Shown: positions 8,199 to 16,430 of the stretch, piece after piece
Layout of the letters: each line of letters starts with the position of its first letter
How positions within the stretch are numbered: the stretch's first letter is position 1
Source of the DNA: Cognatishimia sp.
Lineage (GTDB): Bacteria; Pseudomonadota; Alphaproteobacteria; Rhodobacterales; Rhodobacteraceae
Reading direction: 5' to 3'
NCBI GenBank assembly: GCA_050633405.1
Contig: JBOEGL010000007.1
Location: forward strand, 184,892-248,891
DNA length: 64,000 nucleotides
The notes under the pieces: model-generated
The model's database searches: none
What the model was told of the DNA's origin: nothing
What the model saw: the letters and a program-made list of their open reading frames with translations, nothing else
Position numbers and translations under genes: made by a program

Positions 8199-9152
8199 CT
8201 ATGATCTGGGCGCTAAAAACAGCGCTGCAATCTTGCGGGTCACATCGCCACGTATGGTTGGATTGTCCATCAATACTTCGTGTTCGCCTGCTGGCACCAT
8301 GTCTAATGTGCCATCCTCCCATGATGTCATGCGGCTGGTAATTGCACCTGGGCAAACGATGTTTTCATCGGTGCCAAGAAAGGTAAGACATGGGATTTGA
8401 GGGGCAGGGTGGCGGCGCAGATCGCTGCATTCGCGCAATGCCTGTGACAGCCAGCGCATGGTTGGGCCGCCAATCATCAGCTGTGGCTGAGCGCGCGCAT
8501 GCGATTGCAGCCGGGCATACATGTCCCGGTCTTTGGTCAGTTGGTTGTCTTCAAAGGCGGTGTCCAAAACATAGGTTTCATGTTTGGTGCCGGGGGCCAA
8601 CCAATGACCGATGCCTAAAAGGCTGGCAATTCCGCTGAGTAATACGGCTATCGGGCGCAAAACCTTGTTGAGACCGATGTCCCACATGGGGCCGGTGAAG
8701 GCTGCGGCTTGCACTGGCAGGCCGTCATAAAGCGCGCGCAAACCGATGCAGCCACCCATGGAGTGGCCCATTAGAAAATAGGGTTCTGGCAAATTCAGTG
8801 CTTTGGCGCTGCGCAACATGGCGGCAACATCAAGCTGATAATCTTGGAAATTGACAACATGGCCCGACATCACGTTGCCGGTCAGCCGATCCGCCAAACC
8901 CTGACCGCGCCAGTCGATGGAAAATGTGGCCAGACCTAAATCTGCAAACCGTCCTGCGATTTCTGCATATTTTTCAATATACTCCGTGCGCCCCGGAAAC
9001 AGCAAAACCGTGCCTTTGGTCTTGCCTGCGGCATCGTTGCTTTGCCAAGCGGCCACGCGCAGCCGCACCCCGTCTGTTGCCAAGGTCCAATAGGCCTCGG
9101 CTTCTGGTTCACCTGAAATAACCGGAAAAAACGGCGCGCGGTCCAGACCCAT
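8199..9152 (-). CDS. Alpha/beta hydrolase (lysophospholipase L2-like)
   Basis: PGRTEYIEKY, DWRGQGLA, GHSMGG nucleophile elbow, HEVLM. Confidence 0.9.
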   Translation of the reverse strand: MGLDRAPFFPVISGEPEAEAYWTLATDGVRLRVAAWQSNDAAGKTKGTVLLFPGRTEYIEKYAEIAGRFADLGLATFSIDWRGQGLADRLTGNVMSGHVVNFQDYQLDVAAMLRSAKALNLPEPYFLMGHSMGGCIGLRALYDGLPVQAAAFTGPMWDIGLNKVLRPIAVLLSGIASLLGIGHWLAPGTKHETYVLDTAFEDNQLTKDRDMYARLQSHARAQPQLMIGGPTMRWLSQALRECSDLRRHPAPQIPCLTFLGTDENIVCPGAITSRMTSWEDGTLDMVPAGEHEVLMDNPTIRGDVTRKIAALFLAPRS

Positions 9153-9442
9153 TACGACAGTGCCGACGCAAGTTTCATTGCCATGCCCATGTCACCATCA
9201 ACAGACAGCTTACCGCTCATGAAGGCAGAGGTTGGGTTGATATCCCCTTCAAGGATAGCCTGAAACACATCTGCGTCAGCCGTCAGCGTTACATCTGCAT
9301 CGTCATCGCTGGCTCGCACACCTTCGCCGTCGATGATAAGCGCGCCTTCGCCTTCGATTACAAATTTTGCAGATCCATCTATCCCGGCGTCTCCGAGTTT
9401 GGCTGCCAGTGCGTCTACCGCTGCCGCTACAATATCGCTCAT
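9152..9442 (-). CDS. SCP2 sterol-binding domain protein
   Basis: P..AFMSGKLSVDGDMGMAMKL C-terminal SCP2 signature. Confidence 0.9.
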   Translation of the reverse strand: MSDIVAAAVDALAAKLGDAGIDGSAKFVIEGEGALIIDGEGVRASDDDADVTLTADADVFQAILEGDINPTSAFMSGKLSVDGDMGMAMKLASALS

Positions 9443-9525
9443 TCGTAATCTTCCTTTGAATTGCCGCTTATTTCCCCCGCGCCGGACTAGTAAATCCCGA
9501 TGCGCAGGTTACATTCAAGAGTGTT

Positions 9526-10086
9526 ATGCGCTTGTTATCTATTAATCTCAAACTTGTCGTTGCGGCAGCCTTTGTTACCCTCATGTGCGGTGTGGGCAGC
9601 GTGAATGCAAGCGACCGATTGACGGATCTCTTGGCCGAGCTCAAATCCGCCGAAGCTATTGAAGCGGTGAAAATCACCAAGGAAATTCGTTTGGAGTGGG
9701 AGAAATCCGGATCGGCCGCTGCGGATCTGTTGCTGAGACGTGGGCGGGATGCAGTGGAAACCGGTGATTTTGATGCGGCCATAGAGCATTTTTCAGCTTT
9801 GGTGGATCACGCGCCAGAATTTGCAGAGGGCTGGGTCGCGCGGGCAAGCGCCTTTGTGCAGATTGGGCTTTTGGGGCCGGCGGTGTCGGATTTAGAACAG
9901 GCTTTAGAGCTGAATCCAATGCATTTTGAAGCCATAAACGGTCTTGGCGTGATCTTAGAGATGATTGACCGCCCTGAGGAAGCCTATGAAGCCTATCTGT
10001 TGGTCATGGCTATACATCCGACCCATCCGGTCGTAACACAGGCTTTACAACGTCTAGAGCCCATGGCCAAAGGCCAAAAACTCTGA
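9526..10086 (+). CDS. Exported tetratricopeptide repeat protein
   Basis: Signal peptide; TPR-like A..DLEQALELNP.HFEAINGLG. Confidence 0.85.
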   Translation: MRLLSINLKLVVAAAFVTLMCGVGSVNASDRLTDLLAELKSAEAIEAVKITKEIRLEWEKSGSAAADLLLRRGRDAVETGDFDAAIEHFSALVDHAPEFAEGWVARASAFVQIGLLGPAVSDLEQALELNPMHFEAINGLGVILEMIDRPEEAYEAYLLVMAIHPTHPVVTQALQRLEPMAKGQKL

Positions 10087-10101
10087 AAAATTAAAAGGCG
10101 C

Positions 10102-12903
10102 ATGGACATGTCCTCAGCAGGGCGGATCACAGCGGTTTTGGGGCCGACCAATACAGGTAAAACCCATTTGGCGATTGAGCGGATGCTGGGACATCGCACG
10201 GGGGTCATTGGCCTGCCGCTGCGACTGTTGGCACGCGAAGTCTATGACAAAATCGTTGCGGCGCGGGGGCCAAACGTCGTTGCGCTAATGACCGGCGAAG
10301 AGCGGATTGTGCCGCCGCGGGCGCAATATTGGGTCTGTACGGTCGAATCTATGCCAGAGGGCATGGGTTGTGATTTTCTGGCCGTGGATGAAATCCAGCT
10401 TTGTGCAAACCCGGAACGGGGGCATGTGTTTACCGACCGGTTGTTGCGGGCACGGGGGCTGCATGAAACCATGTTTATGGGCTCTGACACGATGCGCGGG
10501 GCGATTGCGGCGTTGGTGCCCGGCGTGCAATTTGATCGGCGAGAACGCATGTCGACCCTTAGCTATGCAGGCAGTCGCAAGATCAGCCGCATGCAGCCGC
10601 GCAGCGCGATTGTCGGGTTTTCTGTTGATAACGTCTATGCCATCGCAGAATTGCTGAAACGCCAAAAGGGCGGGGCGGCTGTGGTGATGGGTGCGCTAAG
10701 CCCGCGCACCCGGAATAAACAGGTCGAGTTGTATCAGAACGGCGATGTTGACTTTCTGGTGGCCACAGATGCGATCGGCATGGGCCTGAATCTCGACATC
10801 GACCACGTGGCCTTTTCCAGTACCCGTAAATTTGATGGCCGTCGCATGCGCGAAATCATGCCGAACGAGTTGGCGCAGATCGCCGGCCGCGCTGGGCGGG
10901 GCATGAGCCACGGAACCTTTGGCGTCACCGGAGAGGCGCGCCCCTTGGAGGATGAGGTGGCGCAGGCGATCATGGATCATCGCTTTACGCCCCTAAATAA
11001 GCTGAATTGGCGCAACGCCGCGTTGAATTTTGCCACGGTTGAAGCTTTGATCCATTCGCTTCAGGTTGCACCGCAAGACATGTTGCTGATGAAGTCCCGC
11101 GAAGCAGATGACCTGATGGTGCTTAATACATTGGCGCGTGACGCTGAAATTCGCGCCCGCGCAACCGATCCGCAATCTGTGCGCCTGTTATGGGATGTTT
11201 GTCGGGTGCCAGATTTTCGGGGGATCAGCCATAACGAGCATGCCAGCCTCTTGCAGAGCCTCTTTGGGTACCTACATCAACGGGGAACTGTGCCCTTTGA
11301 TTGGTTCGCGCGACAGGTGAAACGAATCGATCGGGTTGACGGAAATATTGATGCGTTGTCAAAAAGATTGGCATTTATCCGCACTTGGACTTATGTGGCG
11401 CAGCGAAATGGTTGGATTGATGACGAAAACCATTGGCGCGGCGAGACGCGCGCTGTAGAAGATCGCCTGTCAGACGCATTACATGCGAAACTGACGGAAA
11501 AATTTGTGGACCGCCGAACGTCTGTTTTACTCCGGCGGCTCAAACAGAAGGAGGCCCTTTTGGCCGATGTGAATGATAAGGGTGAAGTGACCGTCGAAGG
11601 TGAATTCGTAGGTCGCTTGGATGGGTTCCGGTTTCAGGCTGACAAAAGCGCTGAAGGCGCTGAGGCCAAGACGTTGCGTCAGGCAAGCTTGGCAGCTTTG
11701 GCACCGCAATTCCATTTGCGGGCGGATCGCTTTTACAACGCACCCGATACTGAAATTGATTACACCGAACAGGGTGGCCTGATGTGGGGCGAATATGCGG
11801 TTGGCAAATTGGTGGCCGGCGCGGACCCACTGAAACCATCTGTGCAAGTTTTTGTTGATGATGAAGCCGGTCCTGACGTTGCGCAAAAAGTAGAGCGCCG
11901 TTTGCAGCATTTCATTGATCGCAAGATTGCGGCGCTTTTTGAACCGCTGTTGAACCTGTCACGTGACGAAGAACTGTCAGGTTTGGCCCGCGGTTTTGCG
12001 TTTCGCATGGTTGAAGCGCTGGGGGTGATCCCACGCGGTGACGTTGCCGTCGAAGTGAAAGAGTTGGACCAAGATGCCCGTGGCGCATTGCGCAAACATG
12101 GCATTCGCTTTGGTCAGTTCACGATCTTTATGCCCCTGCTTTTGAAGCCAGCACCGACCCGCTTGCGGTTGGTTTTGTGGTCCTTGCACAAAAACCTGGA
12201 TGTGTTTCCAGAATCGCCACCTCCGGGCTTGGTGACCGTGCCTGCGGGTGAACAAACACCGGCAGGATACCACGCGATGGCGGGCTATCGTGCCGCAGGC
12301 GAGCGTGCGATTCGTATTGATATGCTGGAACGCCTTGCAGATATGCTGCGGTCTGAGGACAGCCGTGGGGGCTTTGAAGCCAACCCGGATATGTTGTCGA
12401 TCACCGGCATGACACTAGAGCAATTCGCAGCGCTTATGGATGGGCTGGGATATAAGGCTGAAAAAGGCGAGCGCGCCAAGGTGAAGCCTGTGGTTGCAGC
12501 CACAGCCGAAGCGGATGCTGCAGCCGATGCATCGGCGGAAACGCCAGCCGCTGACGCCGCAGATACTCCACAAGAGGACGCAGCAACGCCCGTTGAAGAG
12601 GTCGAGGCTGGAGAGGCCGATGCCGCACCAGCAGAGCCCGAGGTCGAGGTGTTTTATACCTTTACATGGGGTGGCCGCGCCAACCGCCAGAACAACCGCA
12701 GAGGTGGCCAACAAGGCGCTCGTCGTGACGGCAATGCAGGTCAGAGCAAGCCAGGTGGAAAACCTCGGGGCAAGCCACGTGGGAAAGGCAAGCCCGGTCA
12801 GGACGGTGCTAAGAAATACAGCGCCCGTCCACCCAAAAAAGAAAAGCCAATTGATCCGGACAATCCGTTTGCTGCGGCTTTGATGGGGCTGAAAACCAAG
12901 TGA
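10102..12903 (+). CDS. Suv3-like SF2 helicase (MgpS-like)
   Basis: GPTNTGKT Walker A, VDEIQL, VATDAIGMGLN, QIAGRAGR; acidic linker and basic C-terminal tail. Confidence 0.88.
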   Translation: MDMSSAGRITAVLGPTNTGKTHLAIERMLGHRTGVIGLPLRLLAREVYDKIVAARGPNVVALMTGEERIVPPRAQYWVCTVESMPEGMGCDFLAVDEIQLCANPERGHVFTDRLLRARGLHETMFMGSDTMRGAIAALVPGVQFDRRERMSTLSYAGSRKISRMQPRSAIVGFSVDNVYAIAELLKRQKGGAAVVMGALSPRTRNKQVELYQNGDVDFLVATDAIGMGLNLDIDHVAFSSTRKFDGRRMREIMPNELAQIAGRAGRGMSHGTFGVTGEARPLEDEVAQAIMDHRFTPLNKLNWRNAALNFATVEALIHSLQVAPQDMLLMKSREADDLMVLNTLARDAEIRARATDPQSVRLLWDVCRVPDFRGISHNEHASLLQSLFGYLHQRGTVPFDWFARQVKRIDRVDGNIDALSKRLAFIRTWTYVAQRNGWIDDENHWRGETRAVEDRLSDALHAKLTEKFVDRRTSVLLRRLKQKEALLADVNDKGEVTVEGEFVGRLDGFRFQADKSAEGAEAKTLRQASLAALAPQFHLRADRFYNAPDTEIDYTEQGGLMWGEYAVGKLVAGADPLKPSVQVFVDDEAGPDVAQKVERRLQHFIDRKIAALFEPLLNLSRDEELSGLARGFAFRMVEALGVIPRGDVAVEVKELDQDARGALRKHGIRFGQFTIFMPLLLKPAPTRLRLVLWSLHKNLDVFPESPPPGLVTVPAGEQTPAGYHAMAGYRAAGERAIRIDMLERLADMLRSEDSRGGFEANPDMLSITGMTLEQFAALMDGLGYKAEKGERAKVKPVVAATAEADAAADASAETPAADAADTPQEDAATPVEEVEAGEADAAPAEPEVEVFYTFTWGGRANRQNNRRGGQQGARRDGNAGQSKPGGKPRGKPRGKGKPGQDGAKKYSARPPKKEKPIDPDNPFAAALMGLKTK

Positions 12904-12905
12904 TT

Positions 12906-12942
12906 AAAATGGGGCGTGCAGTTGATGCTGTACGCCCTTTTT
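12906..12942 (+). terminator. Intrinsic terminator after the helicase gene
   Basis: GGGCGTGCAG-TTGATG-CTGTACGCCC-TTTTT. Confidence 0.65.
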
Positions 12943-12970
12943 GTATCCAGAGCTTGGGGATAACTCTCTC

Positions 12971-13348
12971 GTGAACGACGCCCCGCCCAAACTACGGATA
13001 GATAAATGGCTATGGCACGCCCGTTTCTTTAAGACACGCAGCTTGGCTGCCAAAATTGTCACGACTGGCAAGGTGCGGGTGAACGCTCAAAAGATTGCCA
13101 AATCCAGCTTTTTGATCAGCCCAGGCGATGTGCTGACTTTTGCCCAGGCCTCAGAAATCCGAGTCGTGCGCGTCGAAGCCCTGGGAACGCGGCGGGGGCC
13201 TGCCTCAGAAGCACAGCTTTTGTACTTTGATATGAGTGAACCCAAAGAAAAAGTTCCGGATGCACCGCGATTTGAAGGAAAAGGACGTCCAAGCAAGCGA
13301 GATCGTCGCAATCTCACCCTTATGAAAAACAGGCAGCTTGAAGATTAG
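12971..13348 (+). CDS. S4 RNA-binding domain protein (Hsp15/HslR-like)
   Basis: RIDKWLWHARFFKTRSLA...GRPSKRDRR; GTG start assumed. Confidence 0.88.
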   Translation: MNDAPPKLRIDKWLWHARFFKTRSLAAKIVTTGKVRVNAQKIAKSSFLISPGDVLTFAQASEIRVVRVEALGTRRGPASEAQLLYFDMSEPKEKVPDAPRFEGKGRPSKRDRRNLTLMKNRQLED

Positions 13349-13398
13349 CGCGCCTTGAATTAGCTAGGCTCTAACAATTCTGTATATCGAGACGCCCC

Positions 13399-13737
13399 AT
13401 GACCTATGTTGTTACTGACAACTGCATTGCTTGCAAATACACCGACTGCGTTGAAGTCTGCCCGGTGGATTGTTTTTACGAAGGCGAAAATACGCTGGTG
13501 ATTCACCCAGATGAATGCATCGACTGCGGTGTATGTGAGCCAGAATGCCCTGCGGACGCGATCCGCCCGGACACCGAGCCGGATATGGAAAAATGGGTCG
13601 AGTTTAACCGAAAATACGCAGATCAGTGGCCGGTTATTATCTCCAAGAAAGATCCAATGCCTGACGCAGAAGAGCGCGACGGTGAAGCGGGTAAAATGGA
13701 GAAGTATTTCTCTGAAGCACCAGGCGAAGGCGGGTAA
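13399..13737 (+). CDS. fdxA: 7Fe ferredoxin FdxA
   Basis: [19 protein letters not shown]...[12 protein letters not shown]. Confidence 0.95.
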   Translation: MTYVVTDNCIACKYTDCVEVCPVDCFYEGENTLVIHPDECIDCGVCEPECPADAIRPDTEPDMEKWVEFNRKYADQWPVIISKKDPMPDAEERDGEAGKMEKYFSEAPGEGG

Positions 13738-14022
13738 ACGCGGCAACGCGTTGGGGGCTTGTCGATTTGTAGTGTAAACTTGGTTTAGCAAGCTGACTTT
13801 AGAGGGAAACACGAGGTTTCCCTTGAGGCGCTTCTATTGTTGCGAATTTTGTGTTATATTTGCGTTACAAATGAATAGAAACACCTGATGCCATCCCGAG
13901 AGCTAAGGCGATTTGCCCGGCCTAGGATGGTTTTTTGCGCCAAAGTGACCTCTGCTGCGGAAATTTGATTCTCCGCGCGCTGGGTTTATCAGCTTTTGGG
14001 GCGCTCTGTTAGGAAGGACGAC

Positions 14023-14532
14023 ATGAGCAAGTCGAAGAAAAATGAGTTTCGCCCGGACGATTTTGTTGTCTACCCAGCGCATGGCGTTGGGCAGATTGTA
14101 TCCATTGAAGAACAGGAAATCGCCGGAATTGAGCTAGAACTTTTTGTTATTTCTTTTGAGAAAGACAAGATGACGTTGCGGGTGCCTACCCACAAAGCCA
14201 CAGAAATTGGCATGCGCGGGCTGAGTTCGCCGGATGTGATTAGTCAGGCGATGAAAACCCTGAAGGGCAAGGCCAAGGTCAAGCGTGCCATGTGGTCGCG
14301 TCGGGCGCAGGAATATGAACAAAAGATCAACTCTGGGGATCTGATAGCGATTGCCGAAGTTGTGCGCGACTTGCACCGCACTGACGATCAGCGCGAGCAA
14401 AGCTATTCTGAGCGTCAGTTGTATGAAGCGGCCCTTGAACGCCTGACACGTGAAGTGGCAGCGGTTGCCGGTGGCGACGAAGTTCTGGCGGCCAAGCAGG
14501 TGGATGAGGTTTTGACCGCCCGCGCTGCCTAA
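14023..14532 (+). CDS. carD: CarD family transcription factor
   Basis: VVYPAHGVG, WSRRAQEYEQKINSG, SYSERQLYEAA; AGGAAGG RBS. Confidence 0.95.
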   Translation: MSKSKKNEFRPDDFVVYPAHGVGQIVSIEEQEIAGIELELFVISFEKDKMTLRVPTHKATEIGMRGLSSPDVISQAMKTLKGKAKVKRAMWSRRAQEYEQKINSGDLIAIAEVVRDLHRTDDQREQSYSERQLYEAALERLTREVAAVAGGDEVLAAKQVDEVLTARAA

Positions 14533-14558
14533 GGGTATTCAGATCTTATAAAATGGAG

Positions 14559-14588
14559 CCGCTCAGATCTGTCTGGGCAGTTTTTTTT
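14559..14588 (+). terminator. Intrinsic terminator after carD
   Basis: GCTCAGA-TCTG-TCTGGGC followed by T8. Confidence 0.7.
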
Positions 14589-14665
14589 GGGGGGGGGGGC
14601 TTTGCCCCCATCGGTGAATCCGAGTTTCACCGCTTCCCCCAGGGTATTGGGATCAAGAACAAATC
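14589..14665 (-). repeat. Dispersed structured intergenic repeat, copy 2
   Basis: Minus strand reads GATTTGTTCTTGATCCCAATACCCTGGGG (27/29 identical to 1508-1536), hairpin CGGTGAA-ACTCGGA-TTCACCG, terminal GGGGGC-AAA-GCCCCC. Confidence 0.85.
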
Positions 14666-14702
14666 CAATTTCAGGGGTCTGAAGCTGGGCGTCAAACCAA
14701 GC

Positions 14703-15251
14703 TTAGCCCGGGCTTTCCATCACCACGGCCAGCACGGCAGTTGTGGTCAGGGCCTCATAGGCGTGTGGCACATCAGCTGGAAAGCGATAGTAATCGCCGG
14801 GCAAAAGCTGTTCCAGTTGGTCAGTCGGTCCGGTCTGGACCTCTCCAGAAATCACATAGACATGTTCGACGGTGCCTTTTGGATGGGCCTCGGCTTTTCG
14901 CGTTGACCCTTGTCGCAGCACAACGCGATAAAGGTCGCGGATGCGGCCAGGGGGGGATTTATCCAGCAATTGGGTCTGATAGTCAGCCATTTCAGAGGCC
15001 ACGCCTTGCCCGTCTTCGGCGCGGATCAGTTTGATCTCGTTTGATGGCATCTCAAATAGATGGCTGAAGGGCACACCCAGAACGTTCGCGATGGCCCAAA
15101 GGGTTTCAATGCTGGGATTGCCCTGACCTGATTCAAGTTGAGACAGTGTGGATTTCGCCAGTCCGGCCTGTGTTGCTAAGGCTGACAGGCTGAGCCCAAC
15201 ACGGTGTCTTTCACGTTGGATCGCGCGGGCAATTAGGACTGACGGGGTCAT
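14703..15251 (-). CDS. XRE-family HTH + cupin transcriptional regulator
   Basis: LSALATQAGLAKSTLSQLESGQGNPSIETLW HTH; H..GTVEH.YV..G...F.AD.PH.Y cupin. Confidence 0.9.
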   Translation of the reverse strand: MTPSVLIARAIQRERHRVGLSLSALATQAGLAKSTLSQLESGQGNPSIETLWAIANVLGVPFSHLFEMPSNEIKLIRAEDGQGVASEMADYQTQLLDKSPPGRIRDLYRVVLRQGSTRKAEAHPKGTVEHVYVISGEVQTGPTDQLEQLLPGDYYRFPADVPHAYEALTTTAVLAVVMESPG

Positions 15252-15269
15252 CTATGGCTTTCTTTGGGC

Positions 15270-15350
15270 GTTCGTTGTAGCGAACATAGTTTGATTTGAC
15301 ATTGATCACAACTCCGTCCATCTTGGCGAACAGTGTTCGATATTTCAGTC
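15270..15350. promoter_or_regulatory. Candidate XRE-cupin operator array (GTTCG-N6-CGAAC)
   Basis: Perfect copy at 15270-15285; imperfect copies at 15316-15331 and 15335-15350 in the divergent intergenic region. Confidence 0.5.
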
Positions 15351-15384
15351 GATGAATGCGAATCACAGTTGGGTATGTGGAGAT

Positions 15385-16137
15385 ATGAGCGGATCAATGT
15401 CAGTCGAAAGCACAAATAATTCCGCGCCTTTGCCCCAAGGATGGGCGAAGGAAGCGAAAGATGGCGGGCGGGACGCCCTGCCAATTATGCTGGCCATCGC
15501 GCCCTATGCTTTGGTGTTTGGTGTATATGGTGTGGATCAGGGTCTGTCTTCGGTCGAAGTGCTGTTGGCTTCGGCCACGATTTTTGCGGTTGCTAGCCAA
15601 TATGTGATGGTCGATTTGATGGGGCAAGATGTTCCAATTTGGTCAATATTGTTGGCTGTTCTGGCGGTAAATTTCCGACATGTGCTATATTCTGCCTCTC
15701 TGACGCCAAGCCTGGGGGCGTTTTCAAGCTGGCAAAAAATTCTGGCATTCTTTGTTCTGACAGATCCGCAATTTGCGAGCAGTGCTGCGCGATCTGCGCG
15801 ACATTCATTGCGCCCCAGCTATTATTTCTCTTATGCCCTGGGGGTCTATTTCATCTGGATCTGCGCCAATATTCTTGGCAGCTTTTTTGGTCGCTGGATG
15901 GGGGATCTAAGCCGTTTTGGATTGGATTTTCTGTTGCCGATGTTCTTTGCCAGCCTGGTGATCGGGTTTCGACACACGCGCGGATTTTCTTGGGTTTTAG
16001 CCGCCAGCGTCAGTGTCTCTTTGGCGGCCTATTTTCTGATTGGAAGCCCGTGGCACATTACACTTGGCGGGCTAGCGGGCATTGCGACAGCCGCGTTGCG
16101 CAGCGCCCCAAAGAGCAGCGGAGGCCTCAATGCCTGA
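15385..16137 (+). CDS. azlC: AzlC family (LIV-E) amino acid exporter subunit; start uncertain (15352/15385/15397)
   Basis: FAVASQY, VNFRHVLYSASL, FVLTDPQFA, FGLDFLLPMFF. Confidence 0.85.
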   Translation: MSGSMSVESTNNSAPLPQGWAKEAKDGGRDALPIMLAIAPYALVFGVYGVDQGLSSVEVLLASATIFAVASQYVMVDLMGQDVPIWSILLAVLAVNFRHVLYSASLTPSLGAFSSWQKILAFFVLTDPQFASSAARSARHSLRPSYYFSYALGVYFIWICANILGSFFGRWMGDLSRFGLDFLLPMFFASLVIGFRHTRGFSWVLAASVSVSLAAYFLIGSPWHITLGGLAGIATAALRSAPKSSGGLNA

Positions 16138-16423
16138 TAGTTTTATTTTGGTTTTGCTTTGTGCGCTGGTCACCTATGCAACGCGCAGCGCTGGCTATGT
16201 TATTATGTCGTTTTTTGGCACAGTTCATTATCGCGTGGCGGCCGGATTAGAGGCGGTGCCGATAGCGGTGCTGTCTGCGCTGGTGGCCCCGTTTTTGGTG
16301 CAGGGCGCATTTTCCGAAGCTTTTGCTTTGATCTTTGTTTGTCTATTGTCTTTGCGATTGCCGATGTTGCCAAGTGTTACACTGGGTGTAGTGACTTTGG
16401 CGGCGTTGCGCGCGTTGTTGTGA
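16130..16423 (+). CDS. azlD: AzlD family small exporter subunit
   Basis: VTYATR.AG...LEAVPIAVLSALVAP; overlaps the azlC stop. Confidence 0.8.
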   Translation: MPDSFILVLLCALVTYATRSAGYVIMSFFGTVHYRVAAGLEAVPIAVLSALVAPFLVQGAFSEAFALIFVCLLSLRLPMLPSVTLGVVTLAALRALL

Positions 16424-16430
16424 CAGGCGA

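Noticed and set aside
12480-12860. Low-complexity Ala/Glu and Gly/Lys/Pro stretch in the helicase as a repeat or insertion
   Set aside because: It is in frame, has no DNA-level periodicity, and is consistent with a disordered linker and basic tail.
14581-14599. T8-G11 homopolymer run as a phase-variation tract
   Set aside because: It is intergenic between convergent genes. T8 is the carD terminator tail, and the G-run is the end of repeat copy 2's terminal hairpin. The length may also be a sequencing artefact.
1508-14665. The dispersed repeats as a CRISPR array
   Set aside because: Copies are kilobases apart, in both orientations, with no regular spacers and no cas genes.
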